Shown here piece by piece: positions 51,666-60,772 of a DNA stretch of 64,000 nucleotides. Position 1 is the first letter of the stretch. Every line of letters starts with the position of its first letter. Origin of the DNA: a bacterium (GTDB lineage: Bacteria; UBA10199; 2-02-FULL-50-16; JAJFLM01). The position numbers were made by a program, and so were the translations under genes. The DNA lies in the NCBI GenBank assembly GCA_965216315.1, contig CBDCFN010000016.1, positions 840,733 to 904,732 on the forward strand, read 5' to 3'. A model generated the notes under the pieces. That model saw nothing but the letters and a program-made list of their open reading frames with translations. It had not been told where the DNA came from and made no database searches.

Positions 51666-53066
51666 ATGAGCCGCTCTCTTTACTCACGGATTGTCTTGAT
51701 CTGGGCTTGGGTTTTCTTGATCGTCGGTTTGCTTTTTTGTCTGATGCCGGTGCGAGTCGGGCAGACCCTGACAGGTTGGGCTCATCTGATTGGTTTGACC
51801 GGGACCATTACGGCGCCGGCCGGAACCCTTTGGCTCGTTCTCTCACTCTCCTTAATGAGTATCATTACCTATTGTTCCTTTAGGAGTGCCAAACATCCTC
51901 ATTGTGTGGGGCCATATCGGGCGCTTTTGGTGGCGAAGTCGGTCAGTACGCTTGGTTTTGCGTGGCTGGCCATTACGCTGGGGCCGGCCTGGATTATTTG
52001 TGCGGTGGGAGATGGTTTTGTCGGCCTTACGCTATGGGCAAGCCATCGGTATAGCTTCCACAATCAAGGGCTCATTCGGCAAGACTTTGCGCGTCGCTAC
52101 ACGAGACAATCGCCTTTCTATGAAATATGGTTCGGAAAATTTAATATCGCGCCGGGGATCGCGTTTTGGTTTCGCTATACTTTACTGAATGGGGTGCGCC
52201 AAGAGGCCAGTAGCTGGGCCATACTCTTTCGTGACGGCGAGATTGAAGCCGGCAAGGATACAATGGAACTTGGACAATTATCTCCGGCCAATCGTATCGT
52301 TGTTCCTTATAGCGACGCTCCCGAACGTTTTGGAGCGCATCCCCAAGTCTTTCATTTGGGTGCCAATTATTTGGATGCATCGAATGCGCTCGGCAAGGCA
52401 GGTAATCTGACCTGGGACCTGGATTTTTTCGATCACGGCCTGAGTTTTAATCATGTTCCTAAGAGCTTGGCGTGCCTTGGACTTGCAAAAAGCACTTTGG
52501 CGAGTTGTTTCCTTGATCTCCGTTTCTCCGGCTATGTCGCCAATCAAGCGGAGGAACTCAGTTTCGAAGATGTTCCCGGAATGATTGGTCATATCTATGG
52601 CAAGCAACAGGCGCGCGAGTGGGCCTGGGCTCATTGCAATATTTTTGACGGTGGTGAAGATGTTGTCTTTGAAGGCCTGTCGGCGCGGATTCGTGTTGCG
52701 GGACGGCTGACACCACCGCTATCGTCATTTGTTCTCTTTGTAGAAGGGCAGCGTTATGCGTTTTCATCAGTGTGGAAAATTGCCTCGGCTGAATCCGAGT
52801 TTGGCGAGGGACGCTGGCGTTTTCGCGCTCAATCGGGGGGAGTCATTTTAGAAGGGGAGCTGGAGGCTCCTCCAGGGCAAGTAGCGGTCGTGACTTATAC
52901 CGATACGGATGATTCGCATTTATGGTGCCACAACAGCAAACTCAGCCGCTTGCATTTGCATCTCATCGATCCGACACGCAAGATTGATCGCCATTTCGAA
53001 GCGGGGGAGACAGCGGCCTTTGAAATTGTCAATCGCCAATCCCCTAAGAGGAGTGTGGTGCTCTAA
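51666..53066 (+). CDS. Membrane-anchored tocopherol-cyclase/AttH-like beta-rich protein
   Basis: Four N-terminal TM segments; YEIWF..., FWFRYT, GHIYG...WAWAHCN, YTDTD..WCHNS. Confidence 0.6.
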   Translation: MSRSLYSRIVLIWAWVFLIVGLLFCLMPVRVGQTLTGWAHLIGLTGTITAPAGTLWLVLSLSLMSIITYCSFRSAKHPHCVGPYRALLVAKSVSTLGFAWLAITLGPAWIICAVGDGFVGLTLWASHRYSFHNQGLIRQDFARRYTRQSPFYEIWFGKFNIAPGIAFWFRYTLLNGVRQEASSWAILFRDGEIEAGKDTMELGQLSPANRIVVPYSDAPERFGAHPQVFHLGANYLDASNALGKAGNLTWDLDFFDHGLSFNHVPKSLACLGLAKSTLASCFLDLRFSGYVANQAEELSFEDVPGMIGHIYGKQQAREWAWAHCNIFDGGEDVVFEGLSARIRVAGRLTPPLSSFVLFVEGQRYAFSSVWKIASAESEFGEGRWRFRAQSGGVILEGELEAPPGQVAVVTYTDTDDSHLWCHNSKLSRLHLHLIDPTRKIDRHFEAGETAAFEIVNRQSPKRSVVL

Positions 53067-54895
53067 TGATCAAGGCTTTTTGTGTGCGCTGGTTGCAGGC
53101 GGCAGGTCTGACCGGTGAAGAAGCCCGCCAGAGAGTTGTCTTCGCGCTTGAGCGGGTGAAGCGTTATCCCTTTCCAATGTCGTTCTTCTATCGGCTGTGT
53201 GTCTTTTTTTTGGAATATTTCGGGCCCATCTTTTCCATCGGAAAATTGAAGCGAGCGAGTAATCTGAACGCCTTTGATTTTGAAAAGTTCGAACAAAAAT
53301 TTCATAATTTTCGTTTTACTTTAATTCGCGGCATTTTTATTTTGGCGCGAGCACCACTATGGGAGCAACTGGCTCCCGAACCGCAACCGGAAGCGCGTGC
53401 GCCGCATCCACTTGCCGGTAAGCTTTCCGTCCCCGCTAAGGGGGACCGCTTTGATGTCATTATTATTGGGTCCGGCGCCGGCGGGGCCCCATTGGCTTGG
53501 AAGCTCGCGCGTTCGGGCGTCAAAGTTGCCCTCATTGAATCCGGGGGCTTGGTCGTGCCGCAGACAACGGCTTATGCCCTTGAGCATTATTATCTCCATC
53601 AAACGATGACCTTTTCCATGAAGGGCGGTCTGCTTCCCGTCTTTGCCGGCGATACGATCGGGGGGACGACGTCGATTAATTCGGGGACCTGCCTGCGGCC
53701 CGATCCCGAGTGTCTCGCTGTCTGGGACAAAAAACTTGGGACATCGTTTGCCGAGGGCCTTCTCGATGCCTATTTTGACGTTATCGAAGATGTCTTGGGA
53801 ATAGCGCCGCCGCCGCGGGAGATACTCGGACCATCGGCGTTTAAGTTTGAGGCGGGCTTAAAACAATTAGGTCGGAATGGCGCTTATGTATTACCTCGTA
53901 ATGCTCCTGGCTGTGAAGGGTCGGGTCGTTGCTGTTTTATTTGTCCGACGGGTTCCAAGCTGGGCACGGATCTCGCGTTTTTACCGGATGCTATAGATAA
54001 CGGGTGCGTGCTTTTCGGTGAAACGCGGGCACTTAAAATTCGTGAGCATGGAGACGGTGTTTGGGTGCGGGTTGTGCACCGAGGCCGTAAGAAGACACTC
54101 GAAGCCAAGAATTTGATTATTGCCGCCGGGGCCTTTGGAGCGACGCGGCTTATTCGCAATAATCGACTGGGGACTCATTGGCGCCAGGCCGGAAAACATC
54201 TGCGCGTTCATCCGGCATCCAAGGTGTTTGCGTATTATTCGGACCCCATCCACGGTGAGCGCGGCGTGCCGCAGGCGTTGGGTTACCGTGCGCCTGAGTT
54301 AGAGCGAGTTGTCTTCGAAGGCATTTTTACGCCCAAGTCGACGGCCGGGCCGGTGCTTTCTTCTGCGGGGGCTGCCCAAACCTGGTGGTTGGAGCGCTAT
54401 GATCATCTCGCGAGTTTTGGGCTCATGGTTAGAGAGCGGGGCGAGGGCCGGTTATTCTATATCAAGGATTGGCCGGTTATTCGTTATCGTCTGCACAAAA
54501 AGGACGTTCGCGATATGATGGCGGGGTTGATCCTCTGTGGGCAGGCCTTCTTGGCCTCCGGAGCCGAGCGCATTCTCTTGCCACTCATTGGGCATAAAAA
54601 TGAATACGATGATATCGATGAACTCGGTGAGCTGGACCCCGCGGCCTTTAAGCAATCACACTTGATTAACAGTGGTTTTCACCCGCAAGGGACCGCGGCG
54701 ATGGGAGTGGTTGTGAACAAGAATTTATCACTGAAGGGGACCAATCACATTTACGTCTGCGATGCGTCCGTGTTGCCGGCGACACCGGGCGTGAATCCGA
54801 TGGTGACGATCATGGGGCTCGCGCTTTATTTAGCGGATATGTTGCGGGCGAAAGATGAATTTAAGAGTGCGGTTTCTTGCCGCAAGAAGAATTGA
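53066..54895 (+). CDS. GMC-family FAD oxidoreductase with N-terminal extra domain
   Basis: GSGAGG, GGTTSINSG, CEGSGRCCFICP, HPQGT, CDASVLP..GVNP. Confidence 0.9.
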   Translation: MIKAFCVRWLQAAGLTGEEARQRVVFALERVKRYPFPMSFFYRLCVFFLEYFGPIFSIGKLKRASNLNAFDFEKFEQKFHNFRFTLIRGIFILARAPLWEQLAPEPQPEARAPHPLAGKLSVPAKGDRFDVIIIGSGAGGAPLAWKLARSGVKVALIESGGLVVPQTTAYALEHYYLHQTMTFSMKGGLLPVFAGDTIGGTTSINSGTCLRPDPECLAVWDKKLGTSFAEGLLDAYFDVIEDVLGIAPPPREILGPSAFKFEAGLKQLGRNGAYVLPRNAPGCEGSGRCCFICPTGSKLGTDLAFLPDAIDNGCVLFGETRALKIREHGDGVWVRVVHRGRKKTLEAKNLIIAAGAFGATRLIRNNRLGTHWRQAGKHLRVHPASKVFAYYSDPIHGERGVPQALGYRAPELERVVFEGIFTPKSTAGPVLSSAGAAQTWWLERYDHLASFGLMVRERGEGRLFYIKDWPVIRYRLHKKDVRDMMAGLILCGQAFLASGAERILLPLIGHKNEYDDIDELGELDPAAFKQSHLINSGFHPQGTAAMGVVVNKNLSLKGTNHIYVCDASVLPATPGVNPMVTIMGLALYLADMLRAKDEFKSAVSCRKKN

Positions 54896-55001
54896 CTTCA
54901 CAGTCCGAACAGTGACCTTTCTTTTTCCAATATGATCGGTAAAGCACCACAGTGACGATACCGAAGATGCCGATCAGCCAGAGATAGTCATAAAGGCCCA
55001 T
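54861..55001 (-). CDS. FeoB-associated Cys-rich small membrane protein
   Basis: 46 aa: one TM followed by KKKGHCSDC...C, directly after feoB. Confidence 0.75.
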   Translation of the reverse strand: MGLYDYLWLIGIFGIVTVVLYRSYWKKKGHCSDCEVNSSCGKKPHS

Positions 55002-55008
55002 AACCTGA

Positions 55009-57219
55009 TTATCCTCCCCATCCGAGTAAAGATCCACCCTGATAGACCGCAAAGGCTGCGAGCCAGGCGAGGGCGGTTTGATAGGCGAAGGCGAGCGCGG
55101 GCCACTTCCAGGTGCCGAATTCAGTGCGCATCGCGATCGCGACAACGACGCAGGGCATGTAGAGCAGGACAAAGATAAGAAAGGCGTAACTTTGTAATGG
55201 AGTGAAGGCGCGGCGGACAGACGATTGCAAGGGGGAGTTATTGGCGTCTGCTTCCGTCGACAGGCTGGCGATCCCGAAGGTCGAAACGATATTCGTCCCG
55301 GCTTGCTTGACGGCGGTGCCAAAAGAACTGCCGATTTCAATCAAGTCCGCTTTGAACGTCGGAGCCTCGATTTCTTCCTCGGACTGTGGGGTGTAGATTT
55401 CGCCCATCGATCCGACGATGATCTCCTTGGCAATCACTCCGGTGATCAGTGCAGCGGAGGCTTCCCACGTACCGAAGCCCAAGGGCTCAAAAATCGGGGC
55501 AATCGCTTGGCCGGTTTTCCCTAAGTAAGAATCTTGCTTGTCGGCGACCCCCCAAGGCAAATTAAGTAAAAACCAAACGAGGATAGAAACGGCAAAAATA
55601 TAGGTTCCGGCCTTCTTTAGAAAGTGTTTTCCTTTTTCCCAGGTATGAATCATCAAATTCTTAAAAGTAGGGAGGCGATAGGGTGGTAATTCCATGATGA
55701 ACATCGGGGCTTCGCCTCGAAACAGCGTTTTTTTGAAAATGATGCCGACGAGAACGGCAAAGAGGATGCCGGCGACATAGAGCGACCACAATACCAGCCC
55801 GGAGTGCTTGACGAAAAAAACGCTCGCAAACAAGACATAGACCGGCAAACGCGCGCCGCATGACATCAAGGGGATAAGTAATGAAGTCAGGACCCGGTCG
55901 CGCGTACTTTCTAGGGTGCGCGTGGCATAAACGGCGGGGACGTTGCAGCCGAAGCCCATCAGCATGGGGATAAATGACTTACCGTGGAGTCCAATCGTGT
56001 GCATGGCGCGGTCCATGACAAAAGCGGCACGCGCCATGTAGCCGCTCGCTTCCAGAAAGGTCAGGAAAAACATCATTGCAAAGATCACCGGGACAAAGAC
56101 CAGAACAAAGCCGACTCCGGCAATGACTCCATCAGTCGCTAATGAACTGACCCATGGAGGCGCATGGATCAAAGTGAAGAAGGCGGCAGTCCAACGCGAG
56201 ATTGGACCGGCCATCATCATATCTACCCAGTCGACGAAAGGCGTCGAGACATCAAAGGTCAACTTAAAAACAAACCACATGGTGCCAAGAAAAATCGGGA
56301 TACCGAGGAAACGATTTAAAACAATGCGGTCGATGCGTTCGGTCAGCTCTTTGCGTTTTACGCGCGGGCGCTGCAGAATTTCCTGCGTCAGACCGGCCGC
56401 TTGGCCGTAGCGGGCTTCGGCGAGTTGCCCTTCAATGTCGTCATCATGGGCTTTCCTGAGATGAGTCAACGCGGGTTCAGTGAGCTCCTCGATATTTAGG
56501 AGGCGGGTCTCCTTAAGTACGTGACGATCTCCTTCGATGATTTTGAGCGTCAACCATCTTAGCGGATACTTCTTGACCAGTTCCGGGTGTCTCTCTTGTA
56601 GTTGTAATTGCACTTGTTGGACGGCTGTTTCGATATCTTCGCCGTAATAGCAGGGCTTCGGCGGGGAGGGATGCTTACGCATGGCGACTTGAGCCGCGGC
56701 TTCAAATAATTCTTGGGTGCCGATTCCCTTCGTTGCGACTGTCTTGATGACGCGAATACCGAGGATCTCTTCCATTAATTGGGTATTGATTTTAAAGCCT
56801 TTCGCCTCGGCCTCGTCGTAAATGTTGAGCGCGAGCACGACCGGTATGCCCATTTCGATTAATTGAATCGTCAGATAGAGGTTTCTTTCCAGATTGGTGG
56901 CATCAATCACATTAATGACGACGTCGGGATTTTTGTGGACGAGGTAATCGCGGGCGATGATTTCTTCTTGTGAGTAGGGACTGAGACTATAGGTTCCGGG
57001 AAGGTCGATGAGTTTCACGCGTTTGCCGCGGTGGTTTAGAATGGCTTCTTTTTTTTCGACCGTGACGCCGGACCAATTGCCGACTTGGAGACGAGTACCG
57101 GCGATGGCATTGATGAGCGTTGATTTCCCCGAGTTCGGATTGCCGGCAACGGCAATCGTCAGGTCTTTTTTAGGGACCGAAGCGGGGACTTCGGGGTGCT
57201 GCGAAGATACGGTTGACAT
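55009..57219 (-). CDS. feoB: Ferrous iron transporter FeoB
   Basis: GNPNSGKS, GNWSGVTVE, DLPGTYSL, GFGCNVP, MSCGARLP. Confidence 0.97.
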   Translation of the reverse strand: MSTVSSQHPEVPASVPKKDLTIAVAGNPNSGKSTLINAIAGTRLQVGNWSGVTVEKKEAILNHRGKRVKLIDLPGTYSLSPYSQEEIIARDYLVHKNPDVVINVIDATNLERNLYLTIQLIEMGIPVVLALNIYDEAEAKGFKINTQLMEEILGIRVIKTVATKGIGTQELFEAAAQVAMRKHPSPPKPCYYGEDIETAVQQVQLQLQERHPELVKKYPLRWLTLKIIEGDRHVLKETRLLNIEELTEPALTHLRKAHDDDIEGQLAEARYGQAAGLTQEILQRPRVKRKELTERIDRIVLNRFLGIPIFLGTMWFVFKLTFDVSTPFVDWVDMMMAGPISRWTAAFFTLIHAPPWVSSLATDGVIAGVGFVLVFVPVIFAMMFFLTFLEASGYMARAAFVMDRAMHTIGLHGKSFIPMLMGFGCNVPAVYATRTLESTRDRVLTSLLIPLMSCGARLPVYVLFASVFFVKHSGLVLWSLYVAGILFAVLVGIIFKKTLFRGEAPMFIMELPPYRLPTFKNLMIHTWEKGKHFLKKAGTYIFAVSILVWFLLNLPWGVADKQDSYLGKTGQAIAPIFEPLGFGTWEASAALITGVIAKEIIVGSMGEIYTPQSEEEIEAPTFKADLIEIGSSFGTAVKQAGTNIVSTFGIASLSTEADANNSPLQSSVRRAFTPLQSYAFLIFVLLYMPCVVVAIAMRTEFGTWKWPALAFAYQTALAWLAAFAVYQGGSLLGWGG

Positions 57220-57231
57220 GATTCGACTCTA

Positions 57232-57456
57232 CTAAGATTGCTCGAGCTCGATGGCCTCGGCTTCTTTTTTGCGCAGCGAGAGATGATAATTCTTGATAGT
57301 GACTTCCAGCGGATCACCCAAGGGGGCGATTTTTTTCATCGTAACCGTTTCACCGTTAAGCACGCCCATATCCATGAGACGACGCTTGAGAGCACCGGAG
57401 ACACCGACTCGTTTAATGACTCCACTTTCGCCAGGTCGCAGCATGGCGAGGTTCAT
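57232..57456 (-). CDS. feoA: FeoA
   Basis: RRLMDMG...APLGDP...LSLRKKEA. Confidence 0.93.
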   Translation of the reverse strand: MNLAMLRPGESGVIKRVGVSGALKRRLMDMGVLNGETVTMKKIAPLGDPLEVTIKNYHLSLRKKEAEAIELEQS

Positions 57457-57698
57457 CGGCCATCCTTTTTAACAATAATTTTGTGGGCCATCCGACGCGC
57501 GATTGCAATACGTGAGTTGTCGACTTTGATGAGGAGGGGACCATGGCGGCCATTCGATAGCATTTCGACCGATTGCCCTTCGCGGAGACCCATGGAAGCG
57601 ACGCGTTGTTGTGCCTTCGGGTCAGGATCTTTGGGGGTGCCACGGACTTCGATGACGGTAGCCGTTTCTCCTGAGGATAATAGGCCTAATGCGACCAT
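57453..57698 (-). CDS. feoA: FeoA (second copy)
   Basis: RVASMGLREG...GPLLIKVDNSRIAIARRMAHKI; AGGAGG RBS. Confidence 0.88.
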   Translation of the reverse strand: MVALGLLSSGETATVIEVRGTPKDPDPKAQQRVASMGLREGQSVEMLSNGRHGPLLIKVDNSRIAIARRMAHKIIVKKDGR

Positions 57699-57719
57699 AG
57701 GGGCCTCCTGAAGTCGTTA

Positions 57720-57738
57720 ATTGAAAATGACTTTCAAT
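57720..57738. promoter_or_regulatory. Fur box (deltaproteobacterial type)
   Basis: 19-bp near-palindrome ATTGAAAATGACTTTCAAT upstream of feoA; TTGACA -35 on the minus strand at 57766-57771. Confidence 0.8.
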
Positions 57739-57875
57739 ACCTATTAACCCCATTTTAGGTCGATCTGTCAATATGTTTTTCATCAGTAATGGGGCTCAGA
57801 CGCCTTATTTCAGGGGGTTGCGGGGCTCGGCGGCCCCCTCCCGGAGGAGAGGGCTCGCTGAGGCGTCCGCAGAGC

Positions 57876-58727
57876 TTAGCTCGATTCGGAACTGTCGTCA
57901 TCATCGAGATCCGTCGAGTCTTCGATGTTGTCGGCGATGATGTCGTCGATATTGCCGCACTCATTCTCAGTGGTGTCTTTGCTGATGACCAGAGTGCCGT
58001 CAATACTGAGGATATCACCTGAGTCCACGCAACTCTGGATATCAACGCCTTGCAGCCACTGTCCGATGTCTAAGGTCAGCAAGAGTTCATTGACATCCAA
58101 TGCTTCAGAGATCGTTGCTCCCGTCGCACTTTCAAAGCGAATCTCTTTGTCGTCGTCGAGGAGCATAATGAAGTCGGTGTCGCCGGCATCCAGCATCAGG
58201 GCCCCGGCAAAGAATACGGAGTGTTCTTTGAGCTCGTCGGGAACGCCGCTCGGCAACACGATGCCCTCATCGGGATCATCTAATTTCAAATCGACCCTCT
58301 TTACGAGTCCGGAGGGTAAGATCACACTGCTTAAGTCAGGAGTCGCCTCACCGCTGAGTAAGTTATAGTAAAAGGGCCCATTAAATTGGATTTCATCTCC
58401 TTCATCGACTTCTATCTCGACTTCACATTCGGCTCCTGGGGGCAATGTAATGTCGAGAGAGTCACAACTGACTCCATCCGGTAAGTGGACTTCTACTTTT
58501 TCAATAGCGATCCAGGCTTGATCTAAATCGAAGCCGGTTCCGCCGCTGTCGGCTACCACTAAGGCGGCCGGAGTATTATTAATTGCGAGCAAGCGAATAT
58601 TGGTACTGCTGGCGTCGCCATCCAGGTTTTCGGGTGCATTGATGTTATTGCTTGTCCCGGAACCGCAGCCGGCAAGCCATAGCATGCAAATGACCGAGAA
58701 CCCCATGAATTGTTTGAATTTCAACAT
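57876..58727 (-). CDS. Acidic lipoprotein
   Basis: LAGC lipobox; Asp/Glu-rich; paralogous to the upstream lipoprotein. Confidence 0.8.
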   Translation of the reverse strand: MLKFKQFMGFSVICMLWLAGCGSGTSNNINAPENLDGDASSTNIRLLAINNTPAALVVADSGGTGFDLDQAWIAIEKVEVHLPDGVSCDSLDITLPPGAECEVEIEVDEGDEIQFNGPFYYNLLSGEATPDLSSVILPSGLVKRVDLKLDDPDEGIVLPSGVPDELKEHSVFFAGALMLDAGDTDFIMLLDDDKEIRFESATGATISEALDVNELLLTLDIGQWLQGVDIQSCVDSGDILSIDGTLVISKDTTENECGNIDDIIADNIEDSTDLDDDDSSESS

Positions 58728-58750
58728 GGCTCTCCTCCTTGAGATTGTGA

Positions 58751-58784
58751 GCTGAATGGCTTAGCCGGCGTTAAGCCATTCAGC
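58751..58784. repeat. Perfect 13-bp intra-operon inverted repeat
   Basis: GCTGAATGGCTTA-N8-TAAGCCATTCAGC, no U-tract. Confidence 0.7.
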
Positions 58785-58792
58785 GTATGTTA

Positions 58793-59608
58793 CTATGGAA
58801 CAAGTTGCCCCTGCGCTAAGGAGTTTTCTTGCTCCGCTTCGTCTAATTCATCATCATTGTCACTGTCTTCAAACAAGTCCGAAGATAGTTCCAAATTCTT
58901 AATGATCTGCTCCAATAATATTTGATTGTGGCCTTCTTCGAGCAGAATGATGGGCTGGCCATCGGGCCCCAGGCTGATTTCAACATCAGGGGCATCGAGG
59001 TCGACATTGTTAAACCATTGATCCAGATCGAAGGCGATAAAGACTTGTTCAGTCCCGTTTTGAGAACTTAATTCAAAACCGGTGTTTTCATTTTCAAGTT
59101 CAAATTCTTCGTCCTTATTAAGCGTTACCTGAAAGGGGGTGCCGTCGCCGCGTTCACCGCTAATGACAACGCTCTTGCCGGCGAGCGGGCTCGAAACGCT
59201 TTCTTCCAGCTTGGCGAGACGGAGTTCAATGCGGCAGTAGACGTCCTCCGGAATGCCTACCCCGACTAAGTTGGATTCATTGGTCGGATCGAGTAGGTCG
59301 ACGATAAAAGGTCCGTCGAAGCGAATCTCTCCATTATCATCGAGAGTCTCGTCTTCACAGACTTCGATGGGCCGGAAACGAATCCGCTCCAGCACGATGT
59401 CGGCCTGGGTCACATTTAAAGTTCCAACGATCAAGTGGGGCAATAGGACATTTTGGAGCGTGGAATTTTGATAGGCGATCACGCGCAGGTTAATCTTACT
59501 GGGATTGCCTGTCTCCGTACCTCCTTCCAGGGAAGATGTTTGGTTGCCGCAGGCCAGGCAGCCGATTAAGCCCAGCGTCCAAAATAGTTTGCTGAATAAA
59601 TTTTTCAT
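58793..59608 (-). CDS. Acidic lipoprotein with GGTETGN motif
   Basis: LAC lipobox followed by GGTETGNP; overlaps the TIGR02147 stop. Confidence 0.8.
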   Translation of the reverse strand: MKNLFSKLFWTLGLIGCLACGNQTSSLEGGTETGNPSKINLRVIAYQNSTLQNVLLPHLIVGTLNVTQADIVLERIRFRPIEVCEDETLDDNGEIRFDGPFIVDLLDPTNESNLVGVGIPEDVYCRIELRLAKLEESVSSPLAGKSVVISGERGDGTPFQVTLNKDEEFELENENTGFELSSQNGTEQVFIAFDLDQWFNNVDLDAPDVEISLGPDGQPIILLEEGHNQILLEQIIKNLELSSDLFEDSDNDDELDEAEQENSLAQGQLVP

Positions 59609-60459
59609 CGCTTCGCTTTCCCCGGTTCCAGTGTAAGTGGAAACATTTGAATATTTATTTGAACGACGTCTTCCGTCGCCTCATTTGTGGCAATCATTTT
59701 TAAGATTTCTTGTCGGAATTCTTGGATTTTGTCCTTCAATTCCGGGAGCCTTTTCTTGCTGACGCCTAAGGTGAGGGCGCTGATATCTCTTTTTTCGGCC
59801 GGCAATCTATCTAGTACGAATTTGCTCAGGTCGAGCAGATTGAGATGATAGTTAAATACACTGAGCGATTTGACTTCGGGCCCTGTGGAGGCGAGCGAAC
59901 TCACTTGACGCCACTGTCCATCGGGTGCCTTCTCGATAAGAGAAAGCTTTTCCAGGAGTGCGATGGATTTATCGACTTGCTCTGGTGAAACGGCCGGATA
60001 GAGTCTTTCACTGATCCATTCCGCTGTTCCGTCAAAGTCCTTTGCGACGACCAACTCGCGGATGACGGTATGATACCAGGTGTTATAATAATCATACTGC
60101 GCCTGGTCGATAGGTTTTAATTCCTTCAGTTTGCGGGTTTTGAGGAGGGCGCGAAAGTGTTCATCCTTCTCCTGATGGCTTTCCGCTTGATTGAATAAGA
60201 CGAGGTGGTGAAAAAATTCGCGTTCTTGCTTATTCAATTTAAGTCCAGAGGCAAACTTTTCGATACTTTCAATCGTGAGATTGCGGTCGCCATCCATGAC
60301 CAGCTTAAAAATATTGGAGGAGGTAAAACCGGCGCGTTTGGAAAAGGTCCGAAACGAAAATGCGGCGCGCGTTCCTTTGGCTTGTTGATACCAATCCCGC
60401 AGGAATTTACGGTAATCCCGGTAGCTGAAGAGGTCGATTGCTTTGGGTGGCTTGGCCAT
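59605..60459 (-). CDS. TIGR02147 family protein (HTH + DUF4423-like)
   Basis: YRDYRKFL...FSFRTFSKRAGF.S...V..G.RNL, WYHTVIREL, RDISALTL, QINIQMFPL. Confidence 0.88.
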   Translation of the reverse strand: MAKPPKAIDLFSYRDYRKFLRDWYQQAKGTRAAFSFRTFSKRAGFTSSNIFKLVMDGDRNLTIESIEKFASGLKLNKQEREFFHHLVLFNQAESHQEKDEHFRALLKTRKLKELKPIDQAQYDYYNTWYHTVIRELVVAKDFDGTAEWISERLYPAVSPEQVDKSIALLEKLSLIEKAPDGQWRQVSSLASTGPEVKSLSVFNYHLNLLDLSKFVLDRLPAEKRDISALTLGVSKKRLPELKDKIQEFRQEILKMIATNEATEDVVQINIQMFPLTLEPGKAKR

Positions 60460-60699
60460 GAATCAAAGCTACGCCGTCTCACGGAGTTCAGCAAGCTATT
60501 TGTATATTTTCAGCATACTTGAGTATGCATTTATTATTATAATTTATTGTAATAATTGAATAATTTATATGGTTTTAGTTAAATAGGATAGATTAAAGTA
60601 TGCAACCCGCCTCTGAGCTGGGCCCTGTAATCATTGGGGAATTACGCAGCTCCGCCTAGGGTTTTCCAATTTTCGCAAATTCCGCGCCCGAATTCCCAA

Positions 60700-60724
60700 C
60701 AACAAAAGCCCTTATTTTCCGATA
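60700..60724 (+). promoter_or_regulatory. Putative sigma-28-like promoter CAAC-N15-CCGATA
   Basis: Exact motif ~50 nt before an orphan ORF. Confidence 0.7.
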
Positions 60725-60772
60725 AATTAGGGGAGTATTCGGTAATTATTAAGTTTTACCAAGGGAAGAACC

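Noticed and set aside
57820-57865. SRP (4.5S) RNA or riboswitch
   Set aside because: Lacks the CAGG..GGAAG..GCAG SRP motif and any riboswitch consensus I can recognise
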